Both the position numbers and the translations under genes were made by a program. Shown one piece after another: positions 16,871-26,560 of a stretch of DNA of 52,197 nt. The notes below the pieces were generated by a model. The model saw only the letters and a program-made list of their open reading frames with translations. It searched no databases and was not told the origin of the DNA. The DNA comes from a virus (taxonomy: Duplodnaviria; Caudoviricetes): the IMG/VR virus record IMGVR_UViG_3300011338_000521, positions 1 to 52,197 of that record, one strand, 5' to 3'. Numbering within the stretch: the first letter of the stretch is position 1; every line of letters starts with the position of its first letter.

Positions 16871-18895
16871 TTAGTACACAGGAGTCACAGCAGGCACAGG
16901 AGTCACTGCTAACCGTGCCGCCGGGGTGGTGTTGACCCCTAATCCTGCCGCATTCAAAACTTGATTGTTTTGTCCTTCGCGCAAGGCACCCACTATGGCT
17001 TGGCCACCAATGATGCTGGTATTGGCCACTTGTTCAAGAAAGTAAGCAGGACCACATGAACTGGTTTGAGTACCATAAATGGGCAACTGTTGCACAAAGC
17101 TCATTGTGCTGACCTTTTCACCTGACTGAAGATTGGTGTAATCAATGCCAGCGGATGTTTGGTATGTTTTTTCTGTGCTGAGCACATTGGCAATGGCGGA
17201 CCATGCTGTGTTTAATGTTGCGACATTGGACACGACTTGAGTGTTGGCGTTGTTGTAAATGTTAGTGATGTTGCCGTTAGCTCTGGTTATGTTGGCAACT
17301 ACCACTGTGGCATTGGCTGCACCAGCTATGGCTAGGTAGGCTGAATTAATGTTGGCAATGTTACTGGCGTCTAGGGTCACAATATTGGCCATGGCCGAAG
17401 TGGCCATGGCCAGTTGTGCGGAAATGTTACCGTGATCAATTGCAGTACCAATTACATCACAAGTGGTTATAGTACCATCAGGTCCTGAGCCAGTGGCCAT
17501 GTTACTGGAAAAATATGATGCTACAGAAGAATCAATGGCTGCGGTCTGAGCCTGGATCAATGGCAATCCAGCCATGGTACTGAGTCCAGCAATTGTAGTG
17601 GGCAACCAATAATCAGTGTTATTGATGTTTATACCTGCAGGCACGTCTTGTTGAGCACGATAAAACACAGTGGCTGGACTTAACTGTGCCAATCCATTTA
17701 CTGCCGGAGCATCGGCTACTAAATTGTCGGCCAGATAAAATGCATTGATATTCCACGGTGTTCGCGGTGCAGCATTAATTGTGGCAGCCAATGCAGGTAA
17801 TGTAGCATTGGTAATGTTGGTAACTTGTTCAAGTGCCACTTGCACAGCTTTATTGGATACTGCCTGTGCTGGAGGAATCACTTTGCCTAAATCTTCACAC
17901 CCATTGGGTGATGCTAGATATGCTGATACGTTATCAGCTAGATTCATGTTCACACTGCCGTCGGCTCCGTATACCAAAACTGATCCTTCAGGTGTGGGAG
18001 TTTGTAATGTGGTATAACTATAGGGGAATATCCTGGTTTGATCTAACAAGTCAGTCATGCTGTTAATGTCAGGTGTAGTAACTGCTAGTATACTTAACAC
18101 CTGTTGCAATTCTGTGCCTGTAACATTGGCCATACCTTGGTAGGCCAGGCGTTGCAATCGAAGATATTCGTTTTCTGAAACTGTATCTGGTCCAGCTAAT
18201 AATGTTTGTATTTCTTTGGCCAACAAGCCAGCAGCCAGCAATGGTGTTTGTACAGGACTAAACACACCACCTACCATGTTGCCTTCTGCAGCCAATTGCC
18301 GTAAAAGACCCGCAGGCGTGCCATACAAGCGAAGATCATTCAAGTTGGTTAAATTACCTTGATTGGTTATGTCTATGGCAAAGTTATCAAAATCTGGATT
18401 CACATCACTAATACTATTTGTGGTCAAAGCATCCATATTAGTAAATGTAGGACCAAGATAGGTTTGTGCATTCACAGCAGAATTAATAAACTGATTGGTT
18501 GAGTTGATGTAACCTTGCACAGCCATGAAGCCTTGTGCAAAACGGCCAACATCACTGTTGCCCAAGTAGTTGTTTCCGGTTTGCTGGATCAGTCCTGAAA
18601 ACCCTGCAGGTACAGTGGACACAGGAGTAAGATTGGTAAAGGCAGCAGGAATACTATCGCCTAATGCAGGAATGGTTGTATTGCCAATGGTCAACAATGA
18701 TGTCAAGGTTGTTGCGTTAGCAAATGATGCGGCAGTATAGTTAGCCACTGCTGTGAGAAAATTTGGAATTGGTGAACCAGCATTAAATGATGCAATCGCA
18801 GTGGTTAATGCTGTGGGCAGTGGATCAATGCCAGTGTTATTCAACAAGGCCGAGGCTGCTGTTATTTGCAGTGGGGTTAAAATACCTTGTGCCAT
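16871..18895 (-). CDS. Putative virion structural protein (baseplate/tail associated)
   Basis: 674 aa, rich in A/T/N/G with few charged residues; translationally coupled to the PAAR gene. Confidence 0.6.
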   Translation of the reverse strand: MAQGILTPLQITAASALLNNTGIDPLPTALTTAIASFNAGSPIPNFLTAVANYTAASFANATTLTSLLTIGNTTIPALGDSIPAAFTNLTPVSTVPAGFSGLIQQTGNNYLGNSDVGRFAQGFMAVQGYINSTNQFINSAVNAQTYLGPTFTNMDALTTNSISDVNPDFDNFAIDITNQGNLTNLNDLRLYGTPAGLLRQLAAEGNMVGGVFSPVQTPLLAAGLLAKEIQTLLAGPDTVSENEYLRLQRLAYQGMANVTGTELQQVLSILAVTTPDINSMTDLLDQTRIFPYSYTTLQTPTPEGSVLVYGADGSVNMNLADNVSAYLASPNGCEDLGKVIPPAQAVSNKAVQVALEQVTNITNATLPALAATINAAPRTPWNINAFYLADNLVADAPAVNGLAQLSPATVFYRAQQDVPAGININNTDYWLPTTIAGLSTMAGLPLIQAQTAAIDSSVASYFSSNMATGSGPDGTITTCDVIGTAIDHGNISAQLAMATSAMANIVTLDASNIANINSAYLAIAGAANATVVVANITRANGNITNIYNNANTQVVSNVATLNTAWSAIANVLSTEKTYQTSAGIDYTNLQSGEKVSTMSFVQQLPIYGTQTSSCGPAYFLEQVANTSIIGGQAIVGALREGQNNQVLNAAGLGVNTTPAARLAVTPVPAVTPVY

Positions 18896-19185
18896 TATGC
18901 TGCCACCCTAACGTTGTCTGATCCACCAGATCTAGCATGTCCGCATGTGTCGCTGGCACCGGTGTAAACTATAGGAATGCCGCCAGCTCTGACTGAGCCT
19001 GACCCACCAGCTGTGACAGCTGAACAATGAATAGGCGGGGCTCGACGCTGACCGCAGGGTGGATGGGCACTTACAGAGTTGCCATCAACAATCACTGCTC
19101 GACCGTTAACTCGCACTGAACCAACGCCTCCACTGGCCACGCCCCCTGCGCCGTCTGCATCACCTACTCGTTGTACTGCTGGCAT
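18895..19185 (-). CDS. PAAR-domain baseplate spike tip protein (T4 gp5.4-like)
   Basis: MPAVQRVGD...SVRVNG..H..C...H...GSGSV..GG.P....D.CGH..GGS.NV. Confidence 0.88.
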   Translation of the reverse strand: MPAVQRVGDADGAGGVASGGVGSVRVNGRAVIVDGNSVSAHPPCGQRRAPPIHCSAVTAGGSGSVRAGGIPIVYTGASDTCGHARSGGSDNVRVAA

Positions 19186-19186
19186 T

Positions 19187-19480
19187 TTATCCCACTAAAA
19201 TTCGTTTTTCTGGCACTTTGATGCCCGTGGTTGCTTCGATATATTTCATACGAACTGATTCATCTGTCAATGCAGAGATAGCAACACAATTCATATTTAG
19301 CCGAGGATTGTTGTAAGGAACTGCGGTGAACATTGACGGCACAAGTCCCATGCCTTGTGGGCCAGGCGCCACGCTTACAGGATCCTGTAACATGGCATAG
19401 CCTTCGCCAGCGTCTATAACCTTGGCAATCATTTCCTCGCCAGAGTTCAGTTTGAATGTGTATACTTTTCCAATTTCCAT
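19187..19480 (-). CDS. Sm-like domain protein
   Basis: TFKLNSGEEMIAKV...L.DP...GLVP...Y...TTGI..P, a pattern typical of T4-like phage Sm-fold proteins. Confidence 0.6.
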   Translation of the reverse strand: MEIGKVYTFKLNSGEEMIAKVIDAGEGYAMLQDPVSVAPGPQGMGLVPSMFTAVPYNNPRLNMNCVAISALTDESVRMKYIEATTGIKVPEKRILVG

Positions 19481-19710
19481 TATTTGCTTTCTGTTAGTTT
19501 TGTTCTGAGTTCAGTGAACCCGCCTACCAGTTGATCATCTAAAAAGATCTGTGGTACTGTGCGAGCATTTGGTACTGCTTCTAATAGTTGTTCTCGTGTC
19601 CACCCATGCTGGATGTTGCGTTCTTCAAATTCAATGTTGCGTGATTTGAGCAAGGCTTTGGCTTGGTCGCAGTAAGGACATTGGTCTTTTGACCATACAA
19701 TTGCTTTCAT
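19480..19710 (-). CDS. grx: Glutaredoxin
   Basis: CPYC, TVPQIF, VGGF. Confidence 0.95.
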   Translation of the reverse strand: MKAIVWSKDQCPYCDQAKALLKSRNIEFEERNIQHGWTREQLLEAVPNARTVPQIFLDDQLVGGFTELRTKLTESK

Positions 19711-19916
19711 TTTTGTTTTCCTTTTAGTCTATAAATGGTGTGTTCGTGACGGTGATTCCAGATTATAATCTCTACTGGGTCTCCGGGTCCTGTGATAAAT
19801 CTAGTGCCACAAACATGACGGCCCCATATCCATCTACCACTGAGATCACAACGACGTGGGATCAATGCAAATGTTTCTCGCCATTGGACTCGTTTGTAAT
19901 GCCATTCGTCTATCAT
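19707..19916 (-). CDS. Hypothetical protein
   Basis: 69 aa; ATGA overlaps on both sides. Confidence 0.7.
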   Translation of the reverse strand: MIDEWHYKRVQWRETFALIPRRCDLSGRWIWGRHVCGTRFITGPGDPVEIIIWNHRHEHTIYRLKGKQK

Positions 19917-21013
19917 AAGTTTGGTAATTCGTCGTAGTCAATGGCGTCGCTCATGACGCCAATAACATAGTTGGTTGATTCATTTTCCTGCAGGGCAGTT
20001 TGTTTCTTGCTGGTGTCCACGTGCTTGTTGAACCATGGAATGGGTGTGGACCGTGGTGCTGGTTCTAGATACTTGATGCCAATTTCTTTCAGCGCATTGG
20101 CTGCTGTGTAGTCCACAAAGTCTTTTAGGATCTGTGCGTTGAGACCAATTACCGGACCCTTGTTGAACAAGTAGTCAGCCCATTCTTTTTCTTCACGGAT
20201 AACATCCAAGTACAGTTGATACACTTCAGCTTCACACTCTGCTTTGGCTTGAGCAAAGCGAGGGTCTTCCTTCACCACTTGATTGATCATCCAAGCAGTC
20301 CATTCCTTATGTAGGATTTCGTCTTGCAGGATCAACTGAATGATGTTGCCATTGCCAATGAAGATACGATTTTCTACCATGGCCAAACTGGTGGCAAATG
20401 ATACCATGAAGCGGAATGCTTCCAATGCGTAGCTGGCATTGAGTGCCATCCAAATAGATTTGACATGTTTATAGTCGTTAACTGGAACTTCAAGTTCTTT
20501 TTCGCAATTGACCATGTGCAGGTGATCGTAATAGCGGCCCACGCTTGACGCCATGTCCACAATCTCTTTGGTGTCGTGAATGGTGTTGAACACATCCTTA
20601 GGAACATTATAGATGTTTCGAATAATGTGGCTGTAACTGCGGCTATGAATGTTGGTTTCAAAGAAACTCCAGTTGTACATCAAGGCTTCTAGTTCAGGTA
20701 TGCTCACCACAGGAGTAAACACCTGTGCTGGACCACGTCCTTGCAAACTGTCCAATGCTGTTTGACGCAACAAGTTTGCAGTAAAAATATGTTTGACTGT
20801 GTCTGATGCTTCTTTAAAGTCATTGGCATCCTTGCTTAATGAAATTTCTTCTGGTACCCAAAAGAACCCGCGAGCTTCTTGTTCGTACTTGGCCAGTTTA
20901 TTGTACTTGACTTCTTCAAAACGTTGGATAGTCACAGGTCCTGCTGGATCCAAGAACATCTTGCGATTGAGATAGTCTGTTTTGGTTGATAAGTTGTATT
21001 GTGCTTGACTCAT
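19913..21013 (-). CDS. nrdB: Ribonucleotide reductase class Ia beta subunit
   Basis: FFWVPEE, QTALDSLQGR, ETNIHSRSY (radical Tyr), LEAFRF..SF, DEILH, ALQE.E...Y. Confidence 0.95.
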   Translation of the reverse strand: MSQAQYNLSTKTDYLNRKMFLDPAGPVTIQRFEEVKYNKLAKYEQEARGFFWVPEEISLSKDANDFKEASDTVKHIFTANLLRQTALDSLQGRGPAQVFTPVVSIPELEALMYNWSFFETNIHSRSYSHIIRNIYNVPKDVFNTIHDTKEIVDMASSVGRYYDHLHMVNCEKELEVPVNDYKHVKSIWMALNASYALEAFRFMVSFATSLAMVENRIFIGNGNIIQLILQDEILHKEWTAWMINQVVKEDPRFAQAKAECEAEVYQLYLDVIREEKEWADYLFNKGPVIGLNAQILKDFVDYTAANALKEIGIKYLEPAPRSTPIPWFNKHVDTSKKQTALQENESTNYVIGVMSDAIDYDELPNL

Positions 21014-21014
21014 T

Positions 21015-21665
21015 TTAATATTTTCCTGATGCAAGAACTATCTTGCAAATGTGTTCTAATCTTTCAATATGCTCATAAGCACGCCATGGTGTTGTATCAA
21101 TAGCCACAACACCATGCCCTTTGATGCCCACTATGTCATAGGCAATATTACCACGGTCATCTAATTCCAACCGATAATGACACTGATCAGCAAGTTCTTG
21201 GCTAATTGGTTTTACATCACCTACATTTGGTGCTACCTTGGTATAGCGATTGAGTTCTGGAAACGCATTGCTAATAGTACTTAGATCAATGCCAGCATGC
21301 ATGGCTGCAATACAATAGGTTGGATGCACGTGAACAACAACTCTAACATCGTTTGAGTGTTGGCCCATTTCTTTTTGCAATCCAAAATGCAGAGGCATTT
21401 CGCCGCTGGGCTTGAGATTAGAACTAATGTCAGTGTAGTAATCTTCTTCCCAGGATTTTGTTAAAAATGGAGGAACAGGATTAACATGATCAACCAGTCG
21501 AATTTTTTTAAATTGATCTGGCTGTAATGTTTGCTTGCGCACACCCGATGGTGTGATATAAAAGTGATCACGGTCGTGATGACGAATAGAGATGTTGCCA
21601 TCTCTACTGGTGATCCAATTGCGTTTGTACGCATCTACCAATATGTCACAACAGGTTTCTAACAT
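21015..21665 (-). CDS. Class II aldolase/adducin family protein (FucA/MtnB-like)
   Basis: DGNIS, ITPSG, PSGEMPLH, VVHVHP, KGHGV. Confidence 0.88.
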   Translation of the reverse strand: MLETCCDILVDAYKRNWITSRDGNISIRHHDRDHFYITPSGVRKQTLQPDQFKKIRLVDHVNPVPPFLTKSWEEDYYTDISSNLKPSGEMPLHFGLQKEMGQHSNDVRVVVHVHPTYCIAAMHAGIDLSTISNAFPELNRYTKVAPNVGDVKPISQELADQCHYRLELDDRGNIAYDIVGIKGHGVVAIDTTPWRAYEHIERLEHICKIVLASGKY

Positions 21666-21666
21666 T

Positions 21667-21864
21667 TTAATTGTTCCAGTGTCTTATTGTATTTGCTATG
21701 ATGAACCCACAGGTCACAACATGTATTATAACCCAAAAGGTCTTGAAGAACAAGGCCAATCGAGCTTCTCGTAAGGTTAAAATGGGCACATCAGGACGGT
21801 CATCGTCTGTGTGCCCCATTAGGTGGCCTGTGGCTCGTGCCCAGACTTTTTCTAAACTATTCAT
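21667..21864 (-). CDS. Small membrane protein
   Basis: MNSLEKVWARATGH...; hydrophobic C-terminus; ATGA overlap. Confidence 0.65.
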   Translation of the reverse strand: MNSLEKVWARATGHLMGHTDDDRPDVPILTLREARLALFFKTFWVIIHVVTCGFIIANTIRHWNN

Positions 21865-22763
21865 TTCTTTGCAGAAGCAGATGTAGTTACTTGAATGTTG
21901 CTGATGCTCCAGTATGAACTGGTGTTGTTGCACAATGCGCCCCATTGGCAACTGCCATTCCACCATGGCGCACTACCAGGGCCAGTAGGGCTGTAACCTT
22001 GCCAGAATGAAATTACAGGCCAGTAGCCATTCTTCATGGAAGCAGTCAAGTCTGCCATGTTAACTGAACCACTGCCTTCGGCACCGCCGGTGGATGAATC
22101 ATACACCACAACGCTTGTAGATCCTTGTTGATATGTCACAACCATTTTGGGTGTGTCGTATGTGAAAGTTGCAACCATGTCAAATGGCTTGCTCATGTCA
22201 ATACCAGTGATATCATGTAGTCCTTTAGCAGGATCATTCTTCATGTTTGCACTGTTAAAGCAACTGTTGTTGAGTGCGGTGCTGGCATATGAGTATTCAA
22301 ACTGTTGTGGTGCTGAACTGCCGCCATCGCCCAAGTGCAAGGTAGTTTGAAACAGTTTGTTGCCATTGGTTTCCATGAAATCAATTTCTCTACAGTTCCA
22401 TTGATTGCCGTTACCACCAGCATCGCAGTAGTTAGTGCCAACGGGTTGCACAGTTGGTTGTGCAGGATTTGATACCATATAGATGCTGGCATTCACATAG
22501 TTGTTTGTCAATTTGCTTAGGTCCACAGTGGCTCTAAACTCAGTGATATTGGTGTAGCTTTGTGTGGCAACAATTCTGCCAGCTTGACATTGAGTGCCTG
22601 AACCAAATGTCACAGAGTTACCACTGATGGTTGGTGCACCACCTGATGTGCAACTTGCACTGTAGTCCAACACAAATGCTGGAGCAGAGGCGCTGGGTGC
22701 TGTTGTGGTTTTTGTGCAGGCTGCTAAAGCCAACACCACTAAAATAACTAGTAATTTTTTCAT
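21861..22763 (-). CDS. Lipoprotein with clan-B glycoside hydrolase domain (GH7-like)
   Basis: Lipobox LAAC; EFRATVDLSKL..NASIYMVS, GTNYCDA, CREIDFMETN (ExDxxE), TTLH, IDMSKPFDMVATF, GYWPVISFW, SISNIQV. Confidence 0.7.
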   Translation of the reverse strand: MKKLLVILVVLALAACTKTTTAPSASAPAFVLDYSASCTSGGAPTISGNSVTFGSGTQCQAGRIVATQSYTNITEFRATVDLSKLTNNYVNASIYMVSNPAQPTVQPVGTNYCDAGGNGNQWNCREIDFMETNGNKLFQTTLHLGDGGSSAPQQFEYSYASTALNNSCFNSANMKNDPAKGLHDITGIDMSKPFDMVATFTYDTPKMVVTYQQGSTSVVVYDSSTGGAEGSGSVNMADLTASMKNGYWPVISFWQGYSPTGPGSAPWWNGSCQWGALCNNTSSYWSISNIQVTTSASAKK

Positions 22764-22772
22764 GTTTTTCCT

Positions 22773-25094
22773 TTAAAGTTTACACGATTCGCAATCTTCT
22801 TCAAGATCAAAATCAATCTCAAGCATGGGCGCGGGTGCATCTTCTTTGACCATTTTACTGCCGGCCTTGTTGATAAGACTGTAGTAGAATGTCTTGAGTC
22901 CCCAGTGATGAGCTTGCATTAGGTTGCGAGCAATCAGTGTGGTAGGTACCTTGCGATCAGGCCAGTGCGCTGGATTGTAGAATGTGTTTGTGGAGATTGA
23001 CTGATCAATGTAAGCAGCCAACACACACGCAGTTTTCAAATAGCCAATGCAGTCTTTTTGTGCCCACATCATTTGATATCGGTTCTTTAACTTGTGATAT
23101 TCGGGTACAACTTGTGTAAGACTGCCTGCTTTGGATTCTTTAACTGAGATCAAGCTCATGGGCATTTCAATGCCGTTGGTTGAGTTGATTACAACTGAAC
23201 TTGATTCCACAGGTGCCACGGCCATTAGTGTGGCATTGCGCACGCCATGTGTTTTCATTTGTTCACGCAAGGGTTCCCAGTCTAGCTCGGGTGAAAAGTC
23301 CGTGAGTTCATTGACCCCGGCAGCACGTCGTTCCCAAGGAAATACACCACGACCATACCAGGTGCGACTCGAATCTTTGCAAGGGCCACGCTCTTTGGCA
23401 AGTTCAACTGTTGCTTCTGTGAGATAATAGGCTTGGTGTTCCATCCAAGATTTGACTTCGGCCAGAGCGTCCTTATCACCGTATTGCAGTCCTCGCTTGG
23501 CATGCCAGTAAGCAAGGTTAGTAATGCCGATACCAAGCGGCTGAATCTCATCGTTTGATAGTTTTGATTGGATGGAGAGGAAGTCTTGGTAGTCAAGGAT
23601 ATTACACAAGGATCTCTGCAGAATTCTACAAGCTCTGCGCATGTCTTCAGGATTCCGGAATGCACCCCAGTTAATACTTCCAAGCGTACAGAGCGCGATT
23701 CGCCCATCAGCGTCATCCAGGCGCTTAAACGGTTTAGTTGGTAAGAGAATTTCACAGCAAAGGTTACTCTGATAAATGGCATGATACTCAGGATCAAATG
23801 GTCCTTGATTCATCACATTGTCAATGAACACTAGATAGATACGACCAGTGTCTGTTCGCTCCTTGAGTATGCCTGATTTGAATACTTCTTCAGCAGACAT
23901 AGTTTTCTTCCGGAGGTCAGATCTAGCTTCATATTTGACATAAAGATCTTCAAATAGTTTAGTGTCCCGATAGAATGCCTCGTAAAGATCCGGTACCTCG
24001 TTAGGGTCAAAAAACGTGATGTTTTGTTTGTGTTTAAATCTACGCCAGAAAAAAGCAGAAAGCACCACCCCGTAGTCCATATGTCGGACACGGGTTTCTT
24101 CGGTTCCTTGATTGTTCTTGAGCACAATAAGATCATCGAATTGATGATGCCAGATGGGATAAAAAACAGTGGCACTTGCATTTCGAATACCTCCTTGTGA
24201 ACATGAACGTAAATCACCAAACCACTTTTTCAAGAATGGTATCATACCTGTGTGCATGATCTCACCACCTCTGATGGGTGAGCCCAATGGACGTAGACGT
24301 CCTATCTCCAGGCCGATGCCAGCACGTTTGCTGGCATACTTGGCCATCATTTCACCTGAAGCAAATATAGAATCCAAATCATCGTCACGGCGGATAAGTG
24401 CGCAACTACTAAGCTGTTTAGTAGGAGTCCCAAGACCAGCAAGCACAGGAGTAGCAAGAGTAAACAGGCCATCACTGGCTGCGTTATAATACTCTTTAAT
24501 ATATCGCATCCTGGCTGTGTTAGGTTCTTCTTTATGGAAGACTGTAGCAGCGGCCACCATGTATCTAACTTGTGGAGTTTCATATGTTTTTCCTGTTGAA
24601 CGATTTTTAACCAGATATTTTTCAATCAACTGCTCAATGGCAGCGTAGCTATACTGTTCGTCTTTGGCATGGTCAATCATGCCTTGCATGCGGTTCCAAT
24701 CGTCCTCTGAGTACCATTCTAACAGTTCAGGAGTGTACAGGCCTGTGGCCACATTTGTTTTCACAATGTCATACAGGTGGGGAGGATCGTATGAACCGTA
24801 TACGTCTTTGCGTAGCATTGATAATCGTTGTTTGCCTGCCACATGTTGATAGTTAGTATGCCCAACGTCGGGATTTTGCTCCACATCAATAAGATCCACA
24901 ATGGCTCTTAGTGTGATGCCATCAATTTCTTTAGTAGTAATACCATCATAGAAGTGCAACTGTGTGCGTATCTCTATCATGCTTTGACTTACATCTGCTA
25001 TGCCTGAGCATACTTTGGCAATTTGTGTTTGCCATTTTTCCAATGCTAATGGCTCGCGCTGTCCACTGCGCTTGACAACTATTATATTTTTCAT
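22773..25094 (-). CDS. nrdA: Ribonucleotide reductase class Ia alpha subunit with ATP cone
   Basis: VVKRSG ATP cone, TPVL, SSC, SNLCCEI, CTLGSIN, APVESSS, KTFYY, C-terminal CESC. Confidence 0.96.
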   Translation of the reverse strand: MKNIIVVKRSGQREPLALEKWQTQIAKVCSGIADVSQSMIEIRTQLHFYDGITTKEIDGITLRAIVDLIDVEQNPDVGHTNYQHVAGKQRLSMLRKDVYGSYDPPHLYDIVKTNVATGLYTPELLEWYSEDDWNRMQGMIDHAKDEQYSYAAIEQLIEKYLVKNRSTGKTYETPQVRYMVAAATVFHKEEPNTARMRYIKEYYNAASDGLFTLATPVLAGLGTPTKQLSSCALIRRDDDLDSIFASGEMMAKYASKRAGIGLEIGRLRPLGSPIRGGEIMHTGMIPFLKKWFGDLRSCSQGGIRNASATVFYPIWHHQFDDLIVLKNNQGTEETRVRHMDYGVVLSAFFWRRFKHKQNITFFDPNEVPDLYEAFYRDTKLFEDLYVKYEARSDLRKKTMSAEEVFKSGILKERTDTGRIYLVFIDNVMNQGPFDPEYHAIYQSNLCCEILLPTKPFKRLDDADGRIALCTLGSINWGAFRNPEDMRRACRILQRSLCNILDYQDFLSIQSKLSNDEIQPLGIGITNLAYWHAKRGLQYGDKDALAEVKSWMEHQAYYLTEATVELAKERGPCKDSSRTWYGRGVFPWERRAAGVNELTDFSPELDWEPLREQMKTHGVRNATLMAVAPVESSSVVINSTNGIEMPMSLISVKESKAGSLTQVVPEYHKLKNRYQMMWAQKDCIGYLKTACVLAAYIDQSISTNTFYNPAHWPDRKVPTTLIARNLMQAHHWGLKTFYYSLINKAGSKMVKEDAPAPMLEIDFDLEEDCESCKL

Positions 25095-25100
25095 TTTTCG

Positions 25101-25526
25101 CTACTTTATCTGTGTTTTTATTTGTTCTTGACTGAGACGGTGCCGTGGGTTAAACGGTGTTAGATTGATATTTAACAATTGATCTCTGTCCCAATTCAGT
25201 ATATATTTCTTTTGTTCCACTAGGACTAAATTGTCGCTACCTGTGTCTATTAATTCAGCATCTTGTATGTCTGATCGATCCAGCAGAGCTATAGTATACA
25301 ACATTCCCAGCCCTCTTGCAAGCCCACAGAACAAATTGTCATCTAATAATTGCCAAGGATCAGGCCAACTGGGTTGATCGTCCCAGTGCAAATGATAAGC
25401 ACGCCAAGGAGTATCAAACCACCAGGCATTTACAGCATGCAGACATTGGTCAACTGGCATGGTAGCAACTGATACACGCAGTTGATTCCAACTGGCCAAT
25501 CTGGCATCAAAGGTGCGGGCCCACAT
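25101..25526 (-). CDS. Hypothetical protein (transglutaminase-like/BTLCP-like fold?)
   Basis: VNAWW...WPDPWQLLDDNLFC...LGMLYTI resembles the W..P.E....GDC segment of BTLCP/LapG. Confidence 0.5.
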   Translation of the reverse strand: MWARTFDARLASWNQLRVSVATMPVDQCLHAVNAWWFDTPWRAYHLHWDDQPSWPDPWQLLDDNLFCGLARGLGMLYTIALLDRSDIQDAELIDTGSDNLVLVEQKKYILNWDRDQLLNINLTPFNPRHRLSQEQIKTQIK

Positions 25527-26557
25527 TAGGCTAAACGTGTGACTGAGTAGTTTAAGACACCGTCGGTGCCGGTGCTGGTTGTGACGTATTTCCAAGCCAC
25601 AATGCTGGTGCTTTCTGTAACAGAGAATGTCACTCCAGGAGCAGAATTTTGTACCCCAGAATCACTGCCTTGGAGATTGGTGCCTGATGCATCTGTGCCT
25701 CTCACAATAGTATAAACACCAGTTCTGACAGAGGTACCACGAGTAATAGTGTAGTCGATTTGTACAGCGGCAACTGCGGTAGCATCAAATGAGAATATTT
25801 GTGTGGCCGAACTTATGTTGTCTGCCAAGGTAAATGTAATACCTGATTCGCGGACATATGAACCTTGCAACAAGCGATAGCCATTCTCCATGGCAATACT
25901 GGCAGTGTTGTTTAGTTTGATTCTAGCATAAGTGGCTGATTGTGCTGTGGTTCGTTCAAACATGTCACCCAGGCACACGTTATTGGCTGTGTCAATATCA
26001 ATAATTGTACTGGCAGCCAAAGCGGCACCATTGAAGTGATTACCTACATCATAAAACACATTATTAGTTGTGGTGTTAAGACTTACACCCTCTATTACAA
26101 TGCCTTCAACATAGATGTTATCAAACACGTTGGTAATCAATCGTACACCAGTGGGTCCGCCATTCACTGGAGTTACACCACCTAAATACACGCCTTGATA
26201 CAGAGTATCAAAATTGCAATTGCTAAATGTAATGCCTTCAATTTGTTGGGCGGTATTAGTGCCATATGTGAAGCCATTGAATACGCAATTTTCAAAAGTC
26301 ACATGACTACACACCAATGTAGTTGTGCTGGCCCATCGAACAGCCGCAATATCATCAGTTGACGCAGTCAATGTGGTGGTGGTCAGTGGACCGTGGAATC
26401 CAACATTGGTAAATGCACAATCATGAGCACGTTCAATCAACACCCCATCCATGATCTGATTGGTGACCATGTTTATGTTGGTAATCAGAATGTTTTGTGG
26501 CTCATATGGGCTCACAATGTTAATGCCTGTTTGTTGTGTGCTACTGGCTGTTTGCAT
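25526..26557 (-). CDS. C-terminal part of a pectin-lyase-fold (beta-helix) tailspike-like protein
   Basis: Beta-helix repeats (VTFENCVF, ITFSNCNF); in frame with 26561..27271. Confidence 0.7.
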   Translation of the reverse strand: MQTASSTQQTGINIVSPYEPQNILITNINMVTNQIMDGVLIERAHDCAFTNVGFHGPLTTTTLTASTDDIAAVRWASTTTLVCSHVTFENCVFNGFTYGTNTAQQIEGITFSNCNFDTLYQGVYLGGVTPVNGGPTGVRLITNVFDNIYVEGIVIEGVSLNTTTNNVFYDVGNHFNGAALAASTIIDIDTANNVCLGDMFERTTAQSATYARIKLNNTASIAMENGYRLLQGSYVRESGITFTLADNISSATQIFSFDATAVAAVQIDYTITRGTSVRTGVYTIVRGTDASGTNLQGSDSGVQNSAPGVTFSVTESTSIVAWKYVTTSTGTDGVLNYSVTRLA

Positions 26558-26560
26558 TAT

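Noticed and set aside
24380-24420. NrdA segment QLSSCALIRRDD differs from the usual QFSSCVLI
   Set aside because: The catalytic Cys is intact and QLSSC occurs in other RNRs; this cannot be distinguished from ordinary variation or local read error.
19913-25094. Introns, inteins or homing endonucleases in nrdA/nrdB
   Set aside because: Both ORFs are continuous and of normal length, and the intervening genes show no HNH, GIY-YIG or LAGLIDADG motifs.
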